From Lama guanicoe (Eukaryota), in NCBI GenBank assembly GCA_013239625.1, contig MU053995.1, forward strand, positions 496,001 to 560,000: DNA of 64,000 bases. Reading direction: 5' to 3'. The notes under the pieces were generated by a model, which saw only the letters and a program-made list of their open reading frames with translations, had not been told where the DNA came from and searched no databases. Shown piece by piece: positions 25,302-38,599 of this stretch (its first letter is position 1; each line of letters begins with the position of its first letter). The position numbers were made by a program, and so were the translations under genes.

Positions 25302-25629
25302 CCAAGTATAACATTCAGCCAGTGTTTACTTCTGTTTGAAATTTATGCAGTTAAAATAAAATATGGGCTGGTTATATAAACACTAACCAAAAAATGAGAT
25401 CTGCAAAATCTCATGCCTATAGCATCCTTTAAATCAATCAATAAATCTGTTTGGTTCTGGAAATAAAAGTGATTTTTCTCTTCTACACACTCAGTCTTGG
25501 TGCCAGTAGCAAATGGCCTGGTAAACGTACAATGCAAAAAAATGAGTAAAGCAAAATAAGTGATTAAATAGTTCTGTCAATTTGAATTTGAAATCTGCGC
25601 AGAATAATTATACAAAATAAGCATAATCA

Positions 25630-26715
25630 TAAGACCGAAAACAGGTTGCCAGGGGTTGGGAGGGGGAGATTGGGGAATACGATTTAAAGTGTATAGGATT
25701 TCCTTGTAGCATGATGATGATTTTGAGAATTAGATAAGTATTTATTGTACAACATTCTGAAGATACTGTATGTTGCTGAATTTGATCTAATTCAGTACTT
25801 TAATCATGTACTTTAAAATTATTATTTTTATATATTTTTTTAATTCAGTTCTTAAAAAATGACATGGATCTATTATCACTGAATAAAATAATCTGTTGTT
25901 ACTAATTAAAATGATTTTGGAATATAAACTTACTTATCCATGTATCCTAGATAAGTAGTCTGTGTATTAAACAGTATTCAAAACATTGTCATAGTCATAT
26001 TAGTGGAATAAATATACTTCTGTTTAGTATCTCTGTAAATATCTGAGAAATCATGAAGTAAAAGACATTGAAAGAAAGTAGGATATCTACCTGTAAGGAG
26101 ATCCTAAAGAGTGGGAGTAGAAAGTAACAAAGCAGTGTTATAAGTAAACTAAGTTTGTAATGTGTCTCTAAGAGAGTAATTACATTTGTTACAAAAGACA
26201 AAAGATTTATTTTAAAAGATTATATAGAATAATGTATGTATGAATATTTATAACACCATTGCTCACATACCCAAAGAGCAGAAACAACCCAAATGCCTAT
26301 CAACTGATGAATAATCAAAATGTGTTTATCTATATACGATAGAATATTTTTGACCATAAAAAGGAAAAATGTATTGATATACTATACAAGGTGGATAAAC
26401 TTTGAAAAATACGGTATTTGAAAGAAATTACTTACAGAATATTACACATTCTGTGATTCTGTTTAAATAAAATGTTCAGAATAGGCAAATGCACAGATAC
26501 AGAAAATACATTAGTGGTAAGGTTGGAAAGTTTGGGAATAAAAATGGGATAACTGCTAGTGGGAAAAGTTTCTCTTTTTGGAGATATGAAGAAAATTTTA
26601 AAGTGACTATGGTACTGGCTGTGTAGCTTTGAAAATACTAAAAGCCACAGACTTTTCACTTTCATAGGTTGGATATAAGTTATGTAAATTTTATCTCAGT
26701 AAAACTAACAAAAAT
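25630..26715 (+). mobile_element. Two old L1 3'-end fragments (about 25630-25860 and 26250-26715)
   Basis: ggttgccaggggttggg, gaaacaacccaaatgcctatcaactgatgaat and cagaataggcaaatgcacagatacagaaa are typical L1M 3'UTR text. Confidence 0.7.
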
Positions 26716-27939
26716 ATTGTGGACAAATAGAGTAACAAATATGTTAATTATATTCAATATTTGTGATGTGAAGTAACTTTACTTTCAAACTTATATAATT
26801 ATTAGTCAGTAGCTGCATAATTTCTGGACAAAAATAATCTTATTTTAATAAATATTTAAAATATAAATCTGATCCCTGATAACACTTCTGATTAAAAGCC
26901 TTAACTTACATGAGGCATACAACAGAAAGTCAATGAGTCTTTAAATTTACTTGAAGCTTATATTTTTCCTCTTATTTTTTCAGTCATGTACATGTCTCTA
27001 CTTGTTCCCTCACAGTTAATTTTAATGACTTGCTTTAATTTTTTTCATATCGTATTTATTTTCTAATCTGTTTTATCAGCAAAGATTTGAGCTTTATAAG
27101 ATATAGAGAACAGATTTGGGTGATTGAACATTTGAAAGGGATTTATAGAAGTAAGTAAAAATTTAATAAGAATTTCCATGTTTTTAAATTAGCTGACAGT
27201 TTGTAATTTCATATGGGAAGAAAAATTAATCTAATATTTAGCAGAATTTCCCAGGAGGATTAGATGTTCATCTAAGGTTGATAACTGTTAATGTATAGAG
27301 CTGTCATTGGCATTGAGTATTCTTCTGGAGATTAGATCAACAATACATATTGAATAGTTATAAAATTAAGAATTCAAGACGTAGAAGAATTTTAATTGAT
27401 GAATACAAAGCATTATGAAGAGTCTATTGTTACAGAAAGAGGCATGATTTTGCATTTCCATAAATAATCTTTGTTGGCATGTATGTTGGACTAGGTAGAT
27501 GCAGTCCATGCAATGAATTTGCATCATTGTTGAGGTATCCCAAGTTTAGGATATCCTGGTATTTTAAATCCTGCAAACCTGACCATCCTCCATCCAAGGA
27601 GGATATATGTATGAAGCTTAAATTGTTGCCTTAGTAGGGAATATTGTCAATAATTCATGAACTCTTTTAAGTTAGAAGTATCAGGTTTGAAGGATGAAGA
27701 GAATGCTTATTGTAGGCTTATATAAAATTTGAACAAACTTCTGAAAGGGTGACTATAGCAGGACATCTAAAGCTGGAGTGTATCTAGCATGTAAGGACTA
27801 TTAGTAAGAAAGAAAATAGAAAAAGATCTGAAAGACATGTGGAAAATTCTATATTGTCTTGTGGTACTTTGTAAAGACCTTGCCTTTGGCTTAGTAAGAG
27901 GGGAAGGAAGTGGATCACTGAAGAGATTGGGGGTTTTTT

Positions 27940-29010
27940 GGGTTTTTTTTTTTAACTTTTTTTGTTGATTTATAATCATTCTACAATGTGTCAAATTCCA
28001 GTGCAAAGCACAAGTTTTCAGTTATACGTGAACATGTGTATATTCATTGTCACATTTGATTGTCTGTGAGCTATCATAAGATCTTGTATATATTTCCCTA
28101 TGCTATACAGTATAATCTTCTTTATCTATTCTACAATTTTGAAATCCCAGTCTATGTCTTCCCATCCCCCACCCCCTTGGCAACCACAAGTTTATATTCT
28201 ATGTCTGTGAGTCTATTTCTGTTTTGTATTTATGCTTTGTTTGGTTTTGTTTTGCTTTTTTTCAGATTCCACATATGAGCGATCTCATATGGTATTTTTC
28301 TTTCACTTTCTGGCTTACTTCACTTAGAATGACATTCTCCAGGAGCATCCATGTTTCTTCAAATGGCGTTATGTTGTCGGTTTTTATGGCTGAGTAGTAT
28401 TTCATTGTATAAATACACCACATCTTCTTTATCCAGTCATCTGTTGATGGACATTTAGTCTGTTTCCATGTCTTGGCTATTGTAAATAGAGCTGCTATGA
28501 ACATTGGGGTGCAGGTTTCGTCCTGAAGTAGATTTCCTTCTGGATACAAGCCCAGGAGTGGGATTCCTGGGTCATAAGGTAAGTCTATTCCTAGTCTTCT
28601 GAGGAATCTCCATACTGTTTTCCACAGTGGCTGCACCAAACTACATTCCCACCAACAGTGTAGGAGGGTTCCCCTTTCTTCACAGTCTTTCCAGCATTTG
28701 TCATTTTTGGATTTTTGAATGACGGCCATTCTGACTGGTTGAGGTGATACCTCATTGTAGTTTTGGTTTGCATTTCTCTGATAATTAGTGATAATGAGCA
28801 TTTTTTCATGTGCTTTTTGATCATTTCTATGTCTTCCTTGGAGAATTGCTTGTTTAGGTCTTCTGCCCATTTTTGGATGGGTTGTTTATTTTTTCTTATT
28901 GAGTCGTATGAGCTGCTTATATGTTCTGGAGATCAAGCTATTCTCAGTTTCATCATCTTTTTGTTTTACTTATGGTTTCCTTTGCTGGGCAGAAGCCTCT
29001 AAGTTTCATT
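27940..29010 (-). mobile_element. 5'-truncated young L1 (ORF2 C-terminus plus 3'UTR)
   Basis: ORF 28262-28870 ends ...[22 protein letters not shown] and is frameshifted upstream. A poly(T) tail lies at about 27943. Confidence 0.92.
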
Positions 29011-29049
29011 TTGTGTTTTTTGTTTTTGTAGCCTTATGTTAATGTGTTC

Positions 29050-31160
29050 ACGTATAATGTACAGACCTTCTCCATACCTCACCAGTGAATGACCACTGGG
29101 TAGGTATAGAAGCAGTAGCTGAGAAGGTTATAACAGCTCTGGTTGTGGGAGGATGAAACAGCAGTTACTGTTTCAAGAATCTCTGTGATTTGAGGTTAGT
29201 GTCAGCAAAGATTGTTGGGGTCTTTAGTGGCCAAGGCTACAAGTGTCTTTGGCAGTGTCAAGAGACTCTAGGTTTCCTTACTCCTATTTTCCTTTACTCC
29301 ACTGGGGAAGTTGTGGCTGAGGGGTTTCCTCTTGCTGTTGGGTTGAGTACACAGATATACTCACTGTGGTGGTGGCACTTGCATCTGAGACTTGAGCTGT
29401 CACTGAGTTAAGTGCCAAGCTAGGGTCCAGGGCATGCACGCACTTGTGCACAATGAGTGATTATTCAGGCTTCAAAGAATGACGGTCCAGCATTGACTCC
29501 AGGGATGGAGTGGTATATAGCAGCAGCCTGGCTCAGTTATGGATTTACAGTGGGATTAGGAGGACAATACTAAGCAGCAGCTTTGGACCTGAAGTATAAA
29601 TTTGGAGTGCCCATGAGGTCAAGGTTAGGGGGGAATGCAATAGCAGTTACTTCTCCAGGGGGCATATAGTAATCATTCCTTCTCTCAGGAGAACAACAGT
29701 GAGAGTTCATTTGGTGGGGCAGAGGTTGGGGCAATCAAGTGGACTGTAAGCAGATTTGTCTTCTCTGTCCAGCCATGGGGCCCTCAGTAGTGAAAGCTAT
29801 GGTTGTCTATGCTGGTGACAAGGGTTGCTGGCATCTTCTCATAATCATTTTCCCTCTGAGAGTAACTTGCACCAGACTATAGTATGGAGTGATGCAATTT
29901 AAATGCTTGTTATTCTTTTATATGCATGTATTCTAGATTTTTGTGCTTCTCAGTGTTTCTACAGCTTTCTTATTGTGGTCCAATAAGGGCACAGAGTACT
30001 TCCAGAGTTGTTTTCATTACAGTGTAGTTGGTTTTTTGTTGTTGTTGTCTTTGTTGTTGTTGCTGTGATTGAAGTTACTGTATTCTTTAACTCCAACATT
30101 TCTGTTTCATTCTTTTAGATATATTCTGTCTCTTTGTTGATGGTCTCATTTTGTTCATAAATCATTTCCCTAAGCTGCTTGAGGACCTTTACAATCAATG
30201 GTTACTTTAAATTCTTTGTTAGATAATTCATATATCTCATTTTTTAAGTGTTAGTTTTCTGGAGATTTACTTCATTACTTAATTGTCCTATATTTCCTTG
30301 TTTTGCTTTGTGTGCTTTATAAGTTTGTGTTGGAATTCATGCATTTGATTTTTCAAACAAGCAAAACAATAAAACTCCTTGTCTGTGTGAAATGGCTTTG
30401 CATAGGGAAATATCTTCACCAACCCACCAGACTATAGATTCTGGGGGCCTCTCAAATTTTTCCATTGTATATCTTTCCTCTGGAGTTGTGCATCCAAATT
30501 CCTAATCACAGAAATTTGCTTGCCTCATTTTAAACCACTTACAATCTCTTACTTTCTCTAGTGTCTGTTTGTGGCTCTACAGTTTCTTTAGAGCTTCTGT
30601 AAACCACCCAGCTTTCCTTTGTTGTCAGCTGCGTCTCTTCTCAAGACCATCCCCAGCCCATGTCAGTGCTTGGAATCTGGCAAGACAGATACCAGTCCCT
30701 TGGGCAACCACTCTAAAATCTGAAATTTTTGATGCATGTTCTAACTCTCTCTTTCTCTAGGAATAAGTTCAGACTTTTTACCCACTTGTTTCATGCTAAG
30801 TCTGGGTATGGGAACTATGGCAAGAGAGAACACCAAAGTGTGACCTTTCTTTTCAGTGGCCAGCAACCTAGAACGCTTTTCTATCAGCACTTGACTTCAG
30901 GGAAGACAGAAACCAGTCCCTCATGCAGCAAGACCCACCCCTCCAAAAACTCCCAGAATGTCAGATGTGTATCTTATCTTTTCTTTCCCTTCTGGGGGAG
31001 AAACTGTGGGCTGAGTTTTCCTCCACATTGTGCCACCACAGTAAGCTGAAGGGTGAAACTATGGTAAATACTACAAATTTTCCTACCATGTTTGACATGG
31101 CTGTTTTTGTGCTCACAGGCACTGGGATCTGGGATTTCTTTTCTGCCATCCTACTTATGT
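29050..31160 (-). mobile_element. Old L1 5'UTR/ORF1 remnants
   Basis: Antisense L1 5'-end-like text ending ttctgccatcctac. Decayed, with approximate boundaries. Confidence 0.5.
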
Positions 31161-31958
31161 TAATCCAAATAGAGTTATTTTAAGCATCAGATGAACTAAC
31201 ATATATAAAATGTTTGGAACACTTCTAGGACAGACTAAGTACAGTAACAATGTTTAATATTGTTATTGTACAATATTGTTTCTAATATGTTTGAAGTGCT
31301 GCCTTTGTAGGTTTTAATGTTCATCCACAAAATATAGCATAGCTCATTCTGGCCCTGAACTGAGGATACTTGTGGGGAAGGAGGCAAATAAGCTAGGCAA
31401 AATTGCCAAATCTTGAAGGATTTTTCCAGCTACACAGTTCTCAGTTACCTTTCAAAGTCCTTTATTGTGACTCTTCCATGTCATTGACCCTCTGGTGTCC
31501 TCTTTTCTTCTTGCAGAACTTTTCTTCTGTGGGATCTGTGTTTTCTCCCAATATATGACAAACTCCAGCAGCCCTTTTCCAACCACAATTGTGAAGACCA
31601 CAGCCTTATAGAGGTAGGACAATGAAAACTCAGTATCCTTGCTGTCTTGGCAGGCTTACTAGAAGCAAGAAATCCACTTCTGTATAGGTAGAGTTGCCTG
31701 TCCCCCCTCCATTTTCCAAAGTTCACAGCCCTTATAAGTGTTCCAGATCTCTGGAAGATATCCCATGTCTGACAAATGCCTTCGTATTTCTTACTGTAAT
31801 GGCCTTTGAGCTTGTTTGTTGGGAAAGAAAAGATCAGGCCAAGTAGGGACTACTTTCTACTCTGGTCCAGAGAAGCACCAGGAGTTGGATAACAACATCT
31901 CTGGGCTCAGGGAAAACAAAGAATTTTGATAATCAAAAATGCCTTAGAAGCCTCTCCT

Positions 31959-32720
31959 AGGCTGTGGAGAAAAGGGAACCCTCCTACACTGCTGGTGGGA
32001 ATGCAGTTTGGTGCAGCCACTGTGGAAAACAGTATGGATATTCTTCAAAAGATTAGGAAGACACCTACCCTATGATCCAGCAATCCCACTGCTGGGCATA
32101 TATCCACAGGGAAGCTTAATTCTAAAAGACACCTGCACCCCAATTTTCACAGCAGCACTATTTACAATAGCCAAGACACGGAAACAGCCTAAATGTCCAT
32201 CAACAGATGACTGGATAAAGAAGAGGTGGTATATTTATACAATGAAATATTATTCAGCCATAAAAACCAACAACATAACGTCATTTGCAGCAATATGGTT
32301 GTCCCTGGTTAATGTCATTCTCAGTGAGATAAACCAGAAAGAGAAAGAAAAATACCATATAAGATCGCTCATAAGTGGAATCTAAAAATAAAACAAAATG
32401 AAACAAAACAAAACAAAACATAAATACAGATCAGAAACAGACTCATAGACATAGAGTGCAAACTTGTGGGAACGGACAGACTGCGATTTCAAAATGTAGA
32501 ATAAATAAACAAGATTATACTGTATAGCACAGGGAAATATATACAAGGTCTTGTGGTAGCTCACAGAGGAAAAAAATGTGATAATGAATGTGTATATGTT
32601 CATGTATGGATTGTGCTCTTCACTGGAATTTGACACAACATTGTGGAATGATTATATAAGTCAATAAAAAAAATGAAGAAGAAGAAGGAGGAGGAGGAGG
32701 AGAAGGAGGAGGAGGAGAAG
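31959..32720 (+). mobile_element. 5'-truncated young L1 whose poly(A) tail has become a GAA/GGA repeat
   Basis: ORF 32008-32385 is the L1 ORF2 C-terminus. TSD-like agaagcctctcct (about 31946) and agaaatcctctcct (about 32719) flank it; the GAA/GGA repeat is at 32674-32720. Confidence 0.92.
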
Positions 32721-32969
32721 AAATCCTCTCCTTACCCTCCACTTTCTGCAGAGATGCCAGAGGCTGGCAATTCATGGTAGCAGCAGTGAAGGTAGCTGGG
32801 TAGTAAAAAGGAGGGCCTTACCAGCTCTCACCAGCTGTATTAGGACATGGAGTATGAAAGATTGTGAATTATCTGCTTCCATCCCTATCAAACACTTGGT
32901 TTGTCACCAGGTGAGAATTGATCCAGGAGGATAATAGAGAGAAAGTTCTCAGGGAGAAAACAGCATAAC

Positions 32970-33700
32970 TGATGATTGATTTCCATTCCCTAGATCTACT
33001 CATTTATTACATAAAACCATGAGTTAATCTAATTCCACTTTATGAACATAAATGTGGAGTATCTCTCCATTTATTTAAATCTTCTCTAGTTTTTGTCAGT
33101 TAGGTTTTATAGTTTTTATAGTGTAGACTTCCATGTCTTTTGCTAATTATATAAAAGAATTTCACATTTTAAATGTTACTTAGATGATATTTTCAACTTT
33201 CATTTTCTAAATGTATGATACTAGTATATAGACTTCAATTATTTTTGTAGGTTGCCTTTATATCTTGTGACACTGCCTGTGATTAGTTTAAGTTGTAAAT
33301 TTTTTTTAATTCCTGGATATTTTATATATAAACTATCAAGTTCTCCACAAATAGACTGTTTAACTTCTGTTCTAGTTGCTACAACTTTTCTTTTTCCTGA
33401 CTTATTGTACTTTTATGTATGTGTTGTGGTTGTATATGTGTGTATCTTTTTCCTTTTTCAGTCTTGCTATATTTCACTATATTTAAGGCTTTGTTTAGGA
33501 CAAGTGAAAAGACCCTATAGTTTTTCAATAACCACCTTAAGTGCCATTAGTATCAAGGTAATCTCATGACATGAATTGGGAAGCTATTTTTTTTTCTGGA
33601 ATAACTTTCTTTGGAAGAATTATCTGTTTCTTAAGAGCTTGCTAAAACTCCCCTATGAAAATTCGTTAGCCTAGTATTTTTTTTAATTACTTGTTTTATC
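32970..33700 (-). mobile_element. Old L1 ORF2 fragment
   Basis: Antisense L1 ORF2-like text (tatctctccatttatttaaatcttct, atgaattgggaag). Confidence 0.6.
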
Positions 33701-34459
33701 TTCAAAGTTGACACTTCATGTTTTTTAAATATGCTTCATGGACATGTTCTCTAAAAGATGTTTGAAGAACTCTGTGGATGTCTGTTTGCCTAAAGTGCCA
33801 GGACATGGATGACTGATTGTTTCCCTGTAAGAACAGCAGCAAAGAGTATAATGACTTCTCTGAGTTGATACTATTGCAGGGATCCCTCGATTCCCATGCT
33901 TAACTGTGATTGGTGGCTTTACCTTACCTGATGAACCTGTCATTACTTCCCTGTCAGTGGGCTCTGGTACTAAGCTGGATCTCCCTGACTTCTATATTCT
34001 TGTCTCTATACTTTTTGAGGTCACTGGCCACCACCTCTTTCCCTTGTTTCCTGTTGTTCGTTTTAGATTCATGGTCCTCTGCAACCCCTGACTGCCTGTT
34101 TCCAACCAATTTGAGAGGCACCTGGGATACTATATCACCATGAAGAGCTTCTCTGGGAAGCCAAGCCTGGGCATTCCCAATGGTGACAGAGCACCAAAGC
34201 AGAAAGAAAAGATCCCCTTAGACATCTCCTTTGGCTCCAAGATGTAGTTAATTCCCCCATTGTATAGTTAGCCCTAACTAATCTTAGGGATAAGGCCTGA
34301 TGCTCACCATCAGCGAGTTCACATCTAACGGGAATCAAAAACTTGCTTTAGGGGAATCTCTGTTGGGGAACATGGTAGGCTTGGGGGCTCACTGGCAGTA
34401 AAAGAATTTACCAGAGACAAATAAAGAAGCAAAGAAAACAAATTTAAGAAACAAAGGAA

Positions 34460-34852
34460 ATCTGGTGGTAGAGAATTGGATTACCCTGTGCCTAACAAAA
34501 TGGAGTTTGAAGCCATGAGCAGATACAGCAGCCCAGAGAATCCAGCTGTCTTCCCTCATTTGACTGTTGGCTATTGGTATGTTCTTCACTGTTTGGTTCT
34601 TCTTCTATGTGTTCATCTCCACCAAGTACACCTGGGGTGCCTACAAGGATATCCTCATCTCTCTGGTGGCTTCACTTTTCATGGGTTTTGGAGCCCTCAT
34701 CTTGATGCTCTGGGTTAGCATCTGCGTATGAGTACCCAAGAGTTCAAGGCCAGGTGGCTTCACTGAATCGTTGCTTTTGTAAATTAATTTATTTTACTAT
34801 TGCGTGATGTATCCCACTTGCTGCTCACAATAAAGGCAGATGTGTGGCAGCC
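34460..34852 (+). pseudogene. TMEM258: TMEM258 processed pseudogene (oligosaccharyltransferase subunit)
   Basis: ATG 34500 to TGA 34731, intronless. Reads [22 protein letters not shown]/(8-nt deletion)[53 protein letters not shown], versus [37 protein letters not shown]...LLLWVGIYV. The 3'UTR has AATAAA at 34829-34834, then an A-rich tail. Confidence 0.92.
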
Positions 34853-34881
34853 GAAAGAAAGAAAGGAAGAAAGAGAAAGGA

Positions 34882-34920
<39 letters not shown>

Positions 34921-35165
34921 GAAGGAAGGAAGGAAGGAAAGAAGGAAGGAAAGAAAGAAAGAAGGAAGGAAAGAAGGAAAGAAGGAAGGAGGGAGGGGAA
35001 AGGAAAGGAAAGGGAAGGAAAGGAGAGAGGGGAGGGGAAGTGGGAGGCAGGGAGAGAAAGAGAAAGGAAGGAAGAAAGGGAAGGAAGGAAGAAGGGAAGG
35101 AAAGAAAAGGGAAGAAAGAAAGAAAAAGGGAGAAAGAGAGAGGGAGGGAGGAGAAAAGAAAAAGG
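34853..35165 (+). repeat. Pure-purine compound microsatellite (GAAA/GGAA/GGGA), derived from the retrocopy poly(A) tail
   Basis: About 310 bp of almost only A and G, starting right after the TMEM258 poly(A) site. Confidence 0.9.
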
Positions 35166-38100
35166 TATTTGTTAGAGTGAAAGCACATAATCATAAATTA
35201 AAGATTTGGTTTTTTCTTTACTCTTTTTATAGGGGAGATCAGTTTTACTGCTAAATTACTCTGATGTGGTGAAGTTTTTAAACATATAGACTTATTTTTT
35301 GCTGATCTCTTTTTCTTCATTTAAATCTATCATAAAGGTATGTACAGTAGAAATTATGTAGTGGGTAAATTTGCCTTAAAAATTAAATATTGCTTTACAA
35401 TTTGGTTGTTTTTACTCTTTAGGAGTTTCATTATAGTTATTTTCTCCTCTCGGGATTCCAGTGCTTTTTGAAAATTAAAACAGTCATTTTCAGGTTTATC
35501 ATTCTAAATGATAGATGCTTGCCATAAGAAGCAGAGACATGGTTTACCTGCTTTGCTTGTTCAAGGTCATAGGTTCAGGGCTGCTTGTGCTTTCATCCTT
35601 TGCCTTAACTGGCAGGACATGCTTCGATCATCAGGCACAGGGGCATATTTAGGCTGCTGATACTCACAGAAAACTGTGACTTAGCCCTTAGGTAGGAACA
35701 GCTGGACTGCTTCACATGTTTAGACAATTTCTGATCATTGTAAGGAGATGCTATGGTAGTCTGTTTTTCATTATCAATTGTTCAGAACACTATAACCTTG
35801 CTCATTTTTAATTAATCTTAATTAAAAATAACCATTTGTATTACCAGCTGTATACTCCTGAGACAACAATTAATAGGACTCTTTCATCTCCCCCATGAGT
35901 AAACAGCGAGTACTGGCACTAGTACATACAAAAGCCAAAATTACACTGGTGCATGGAAATCAAGAGCATTTTTGGGGACCATGGGTTGATGCAGGAGAAT
36001 ATGGAAACAAGCAAATGCACATTAAATGAGTAACTCTGACTTTGGGCATTGGCCGTCTGCCCCCTGTTGCATATGAAGTGCATATATCCCCAGGAGCTGA
36101 GTATATTCTGGGGATAGGCATTTGCAAGGATTGCAAATACAGATGACTCAAGGGGAATGTCACCTGAGAGTTCACATGGTGAAAACAGTTATACGGGGGC
36201 ACCCTCATCATGCGCCTTTGATTTTGCCACAGGTCACACGAGTGGTGAATGTCCAGCAATATCGATTGCCCGGAGGCTAAGAGGAAATAGGACAGACTGT
36301 TCTGAAGCTTGAGGAAGCTGGTATAATTTGGGCTACGCATAGCCCATATAACTCCCCAGTATGGCCGGTGCGGAAGCCAGACGGCTCCTGGAGGATGACA
36401 GTGGACTATCGGGAACTGAATAAAGTCACCCCAACCATGCATGCAGCTGGGCCAAGTATAACAGATTTGATGGATTGGCTGAACATGAACTGGGTACTTG
36501 TCACTATGCAGTTGACTTGGCCAATGCATTCTTCTCCATAGATACAGCCCCTGAGAGACAAGAACAGTTTGCCTTCACCTGGGAAGGCAGACAATGAACA
36601 TTTGTTGTGTTGCTGCAGGGGTATCTGCACAGCCCCACCCTGTGCCATGGTCTGGTGGCCCAGAACCTGGCTACGTGGAGCAAACTAGATACCATTCATT
36701 TCTTCCATTATAAAGATGGCATAATGCTAACCTCTGATTCTCTTTCAGATTTAGAAACCAGTGCAACAGCACTGTGAGAAGCCATGGAGGGCTGGGGGTG
36801 GGGTGTGAACAAGGACAAAGTGCAAGGACCTGGATATTCTGTCAAATTCTTGGGTGTTGTCTGGTCGGATAAGATAAAAGTGCTGCCTGAAGCAGTAATA
36901 GACAAAGTCCAGGCATATTCCCACCCAGAAACAGTTAAACAGTTACAGACTTATTTAGGTCTTCTGGGATACTGGCAAGTGGTTATTCCTCATTTGGCCC
37001 AAATAGCCAAGCCCCTGTATAAACTGATTAAGAAGGGAGAAGTCTGGAGTAGGTGTAATGAGACCAAAAGTGCGCTTGTTAAAATTAAGAGAGCGGTAGC
37101 ACAAGCACTGCGCACAGCAGATCCAGACCTTCCTTTCTGATTAACAGTCCAAGTGGACAATAATGGATATAGTTGGGGCTTATGGCAAAATAAAGGGGGG
37201 GGTGGCAATGGAAAGTTCCCATAGGTTTCTGGTCTCGGTTGTGGAAAGGGGCTGAATATTATTATTCTTTAATTGAGAAACAATTGCTAGCAACTTATGC
37301 ATCATTGACAGCCAGTAAACCCCTGACGGGGAGGCAAGAGGTCCAAGTGCAGACCACATGCCCTATTGCAGGATGGGTACAGACATGGGCAAAGCAACCC
37401 CGGTCGGGAACTGCCCAGACCCCAACTCTGACGAAGTGGGGTGCTTATTTGGAACAGAAAGCCCAGTACACTGCCAGCCCATTGGCTACAGAGTTGCAGC
37501 AGGTGTCAGGGCCTTTGAGATTTGCTGCACCTGTGTTACAGATGCTCCCAGAAAAAGGGCTGGGCCCTGTGCCCTGTCCCTTTCATGAAGGGAAAGGGCC
37601 ACCCCCGGGAACTGTTTGGTATACAGATGGGGAAGATTGTACGGGGAATTCAGCCATTGCAGGTATGGGAAGTAGATTGCACAGGCCCATTTGCTCCTAG
37701 TATCTGTTTATGGTACCTGCTGACAGCGGAGGACACCACTACTGGCCTAGGTTTTGCTTACCACTTGCCCCAAGCTACAGAAGACTCTACTATTAGAGCA
37801 CTGGAAGTTTTACAGGACTTTCATGGGACTCCCTTAGAAATACAAAGTGATAGAGGGACCCATTTTACAGCCCAACAGACCCAGGAATGGGACAAGAAAA
37901 ATGATATTAACTGGATATTGCATGTGCCTTACCATCCCCAAGCAGCAGGAATGAATGAACGGTACAATGGCCTATTAAAGGACAAACTGATGGGCTCTCA
38001 AACCTCAAGCACCAGGCTGGAACAGTGTCTTGCCGCATGTGGTATGCCTTTTGAATGAACGAACTTGCCATACAGGTATGAGCCCACTGGAAAAGTTATT

Positions 38101-38599
38101 GCAAGGGATCTTTCGGAGGCTCAGAGATGGGCCCATGCAGGATGCCTCCAATGTCTCAATAGTAGGGCATGCATTAATATTACGTGTCCCCAGGGTGTTA
38201 AAAAACTTGGGACAACAGGATAACTGGACATGGAAGAATCAGATCCAGACTGAAGTCCCCTGTCTAGCCCTGTTGAAACCACAGGGTGACAGACTGAAAA
38301 AAGCCCTGCAAATAACACCATGAGTGGGCAAACAGCCTTTTGATGTACAGGTCACCCTAGGGAAAACAGGAGTGTCTCTAATTAAAGGAGCAGAAGCCCT
38401 ATGGCTTTGGGCAATTTCACTGACAGCTCCTGAAGCTCTCGCAGAGTGTAACCAACCTAGTGTGGGCAGATTGGTGTCTAACCACCACCTAAGGTGAACA
38501 GCCCTTCTTGCCACTGTACTCTCTCAAGATAAAAATAATTGCTTGCATCCTCCCAGAAGGGACAGATTTGCCAATCATGGTGTCCACCTCTGCTCTGTC

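Noticed and set aside
34784..35254. Four overlapping Lys/Glu/Arg-rich or Phe/Leu/Ser-rich ORFs of 111-136 aa
   Set aside because: They are translations of the purine microsatellite, which lacks stop codons, and are not genes.
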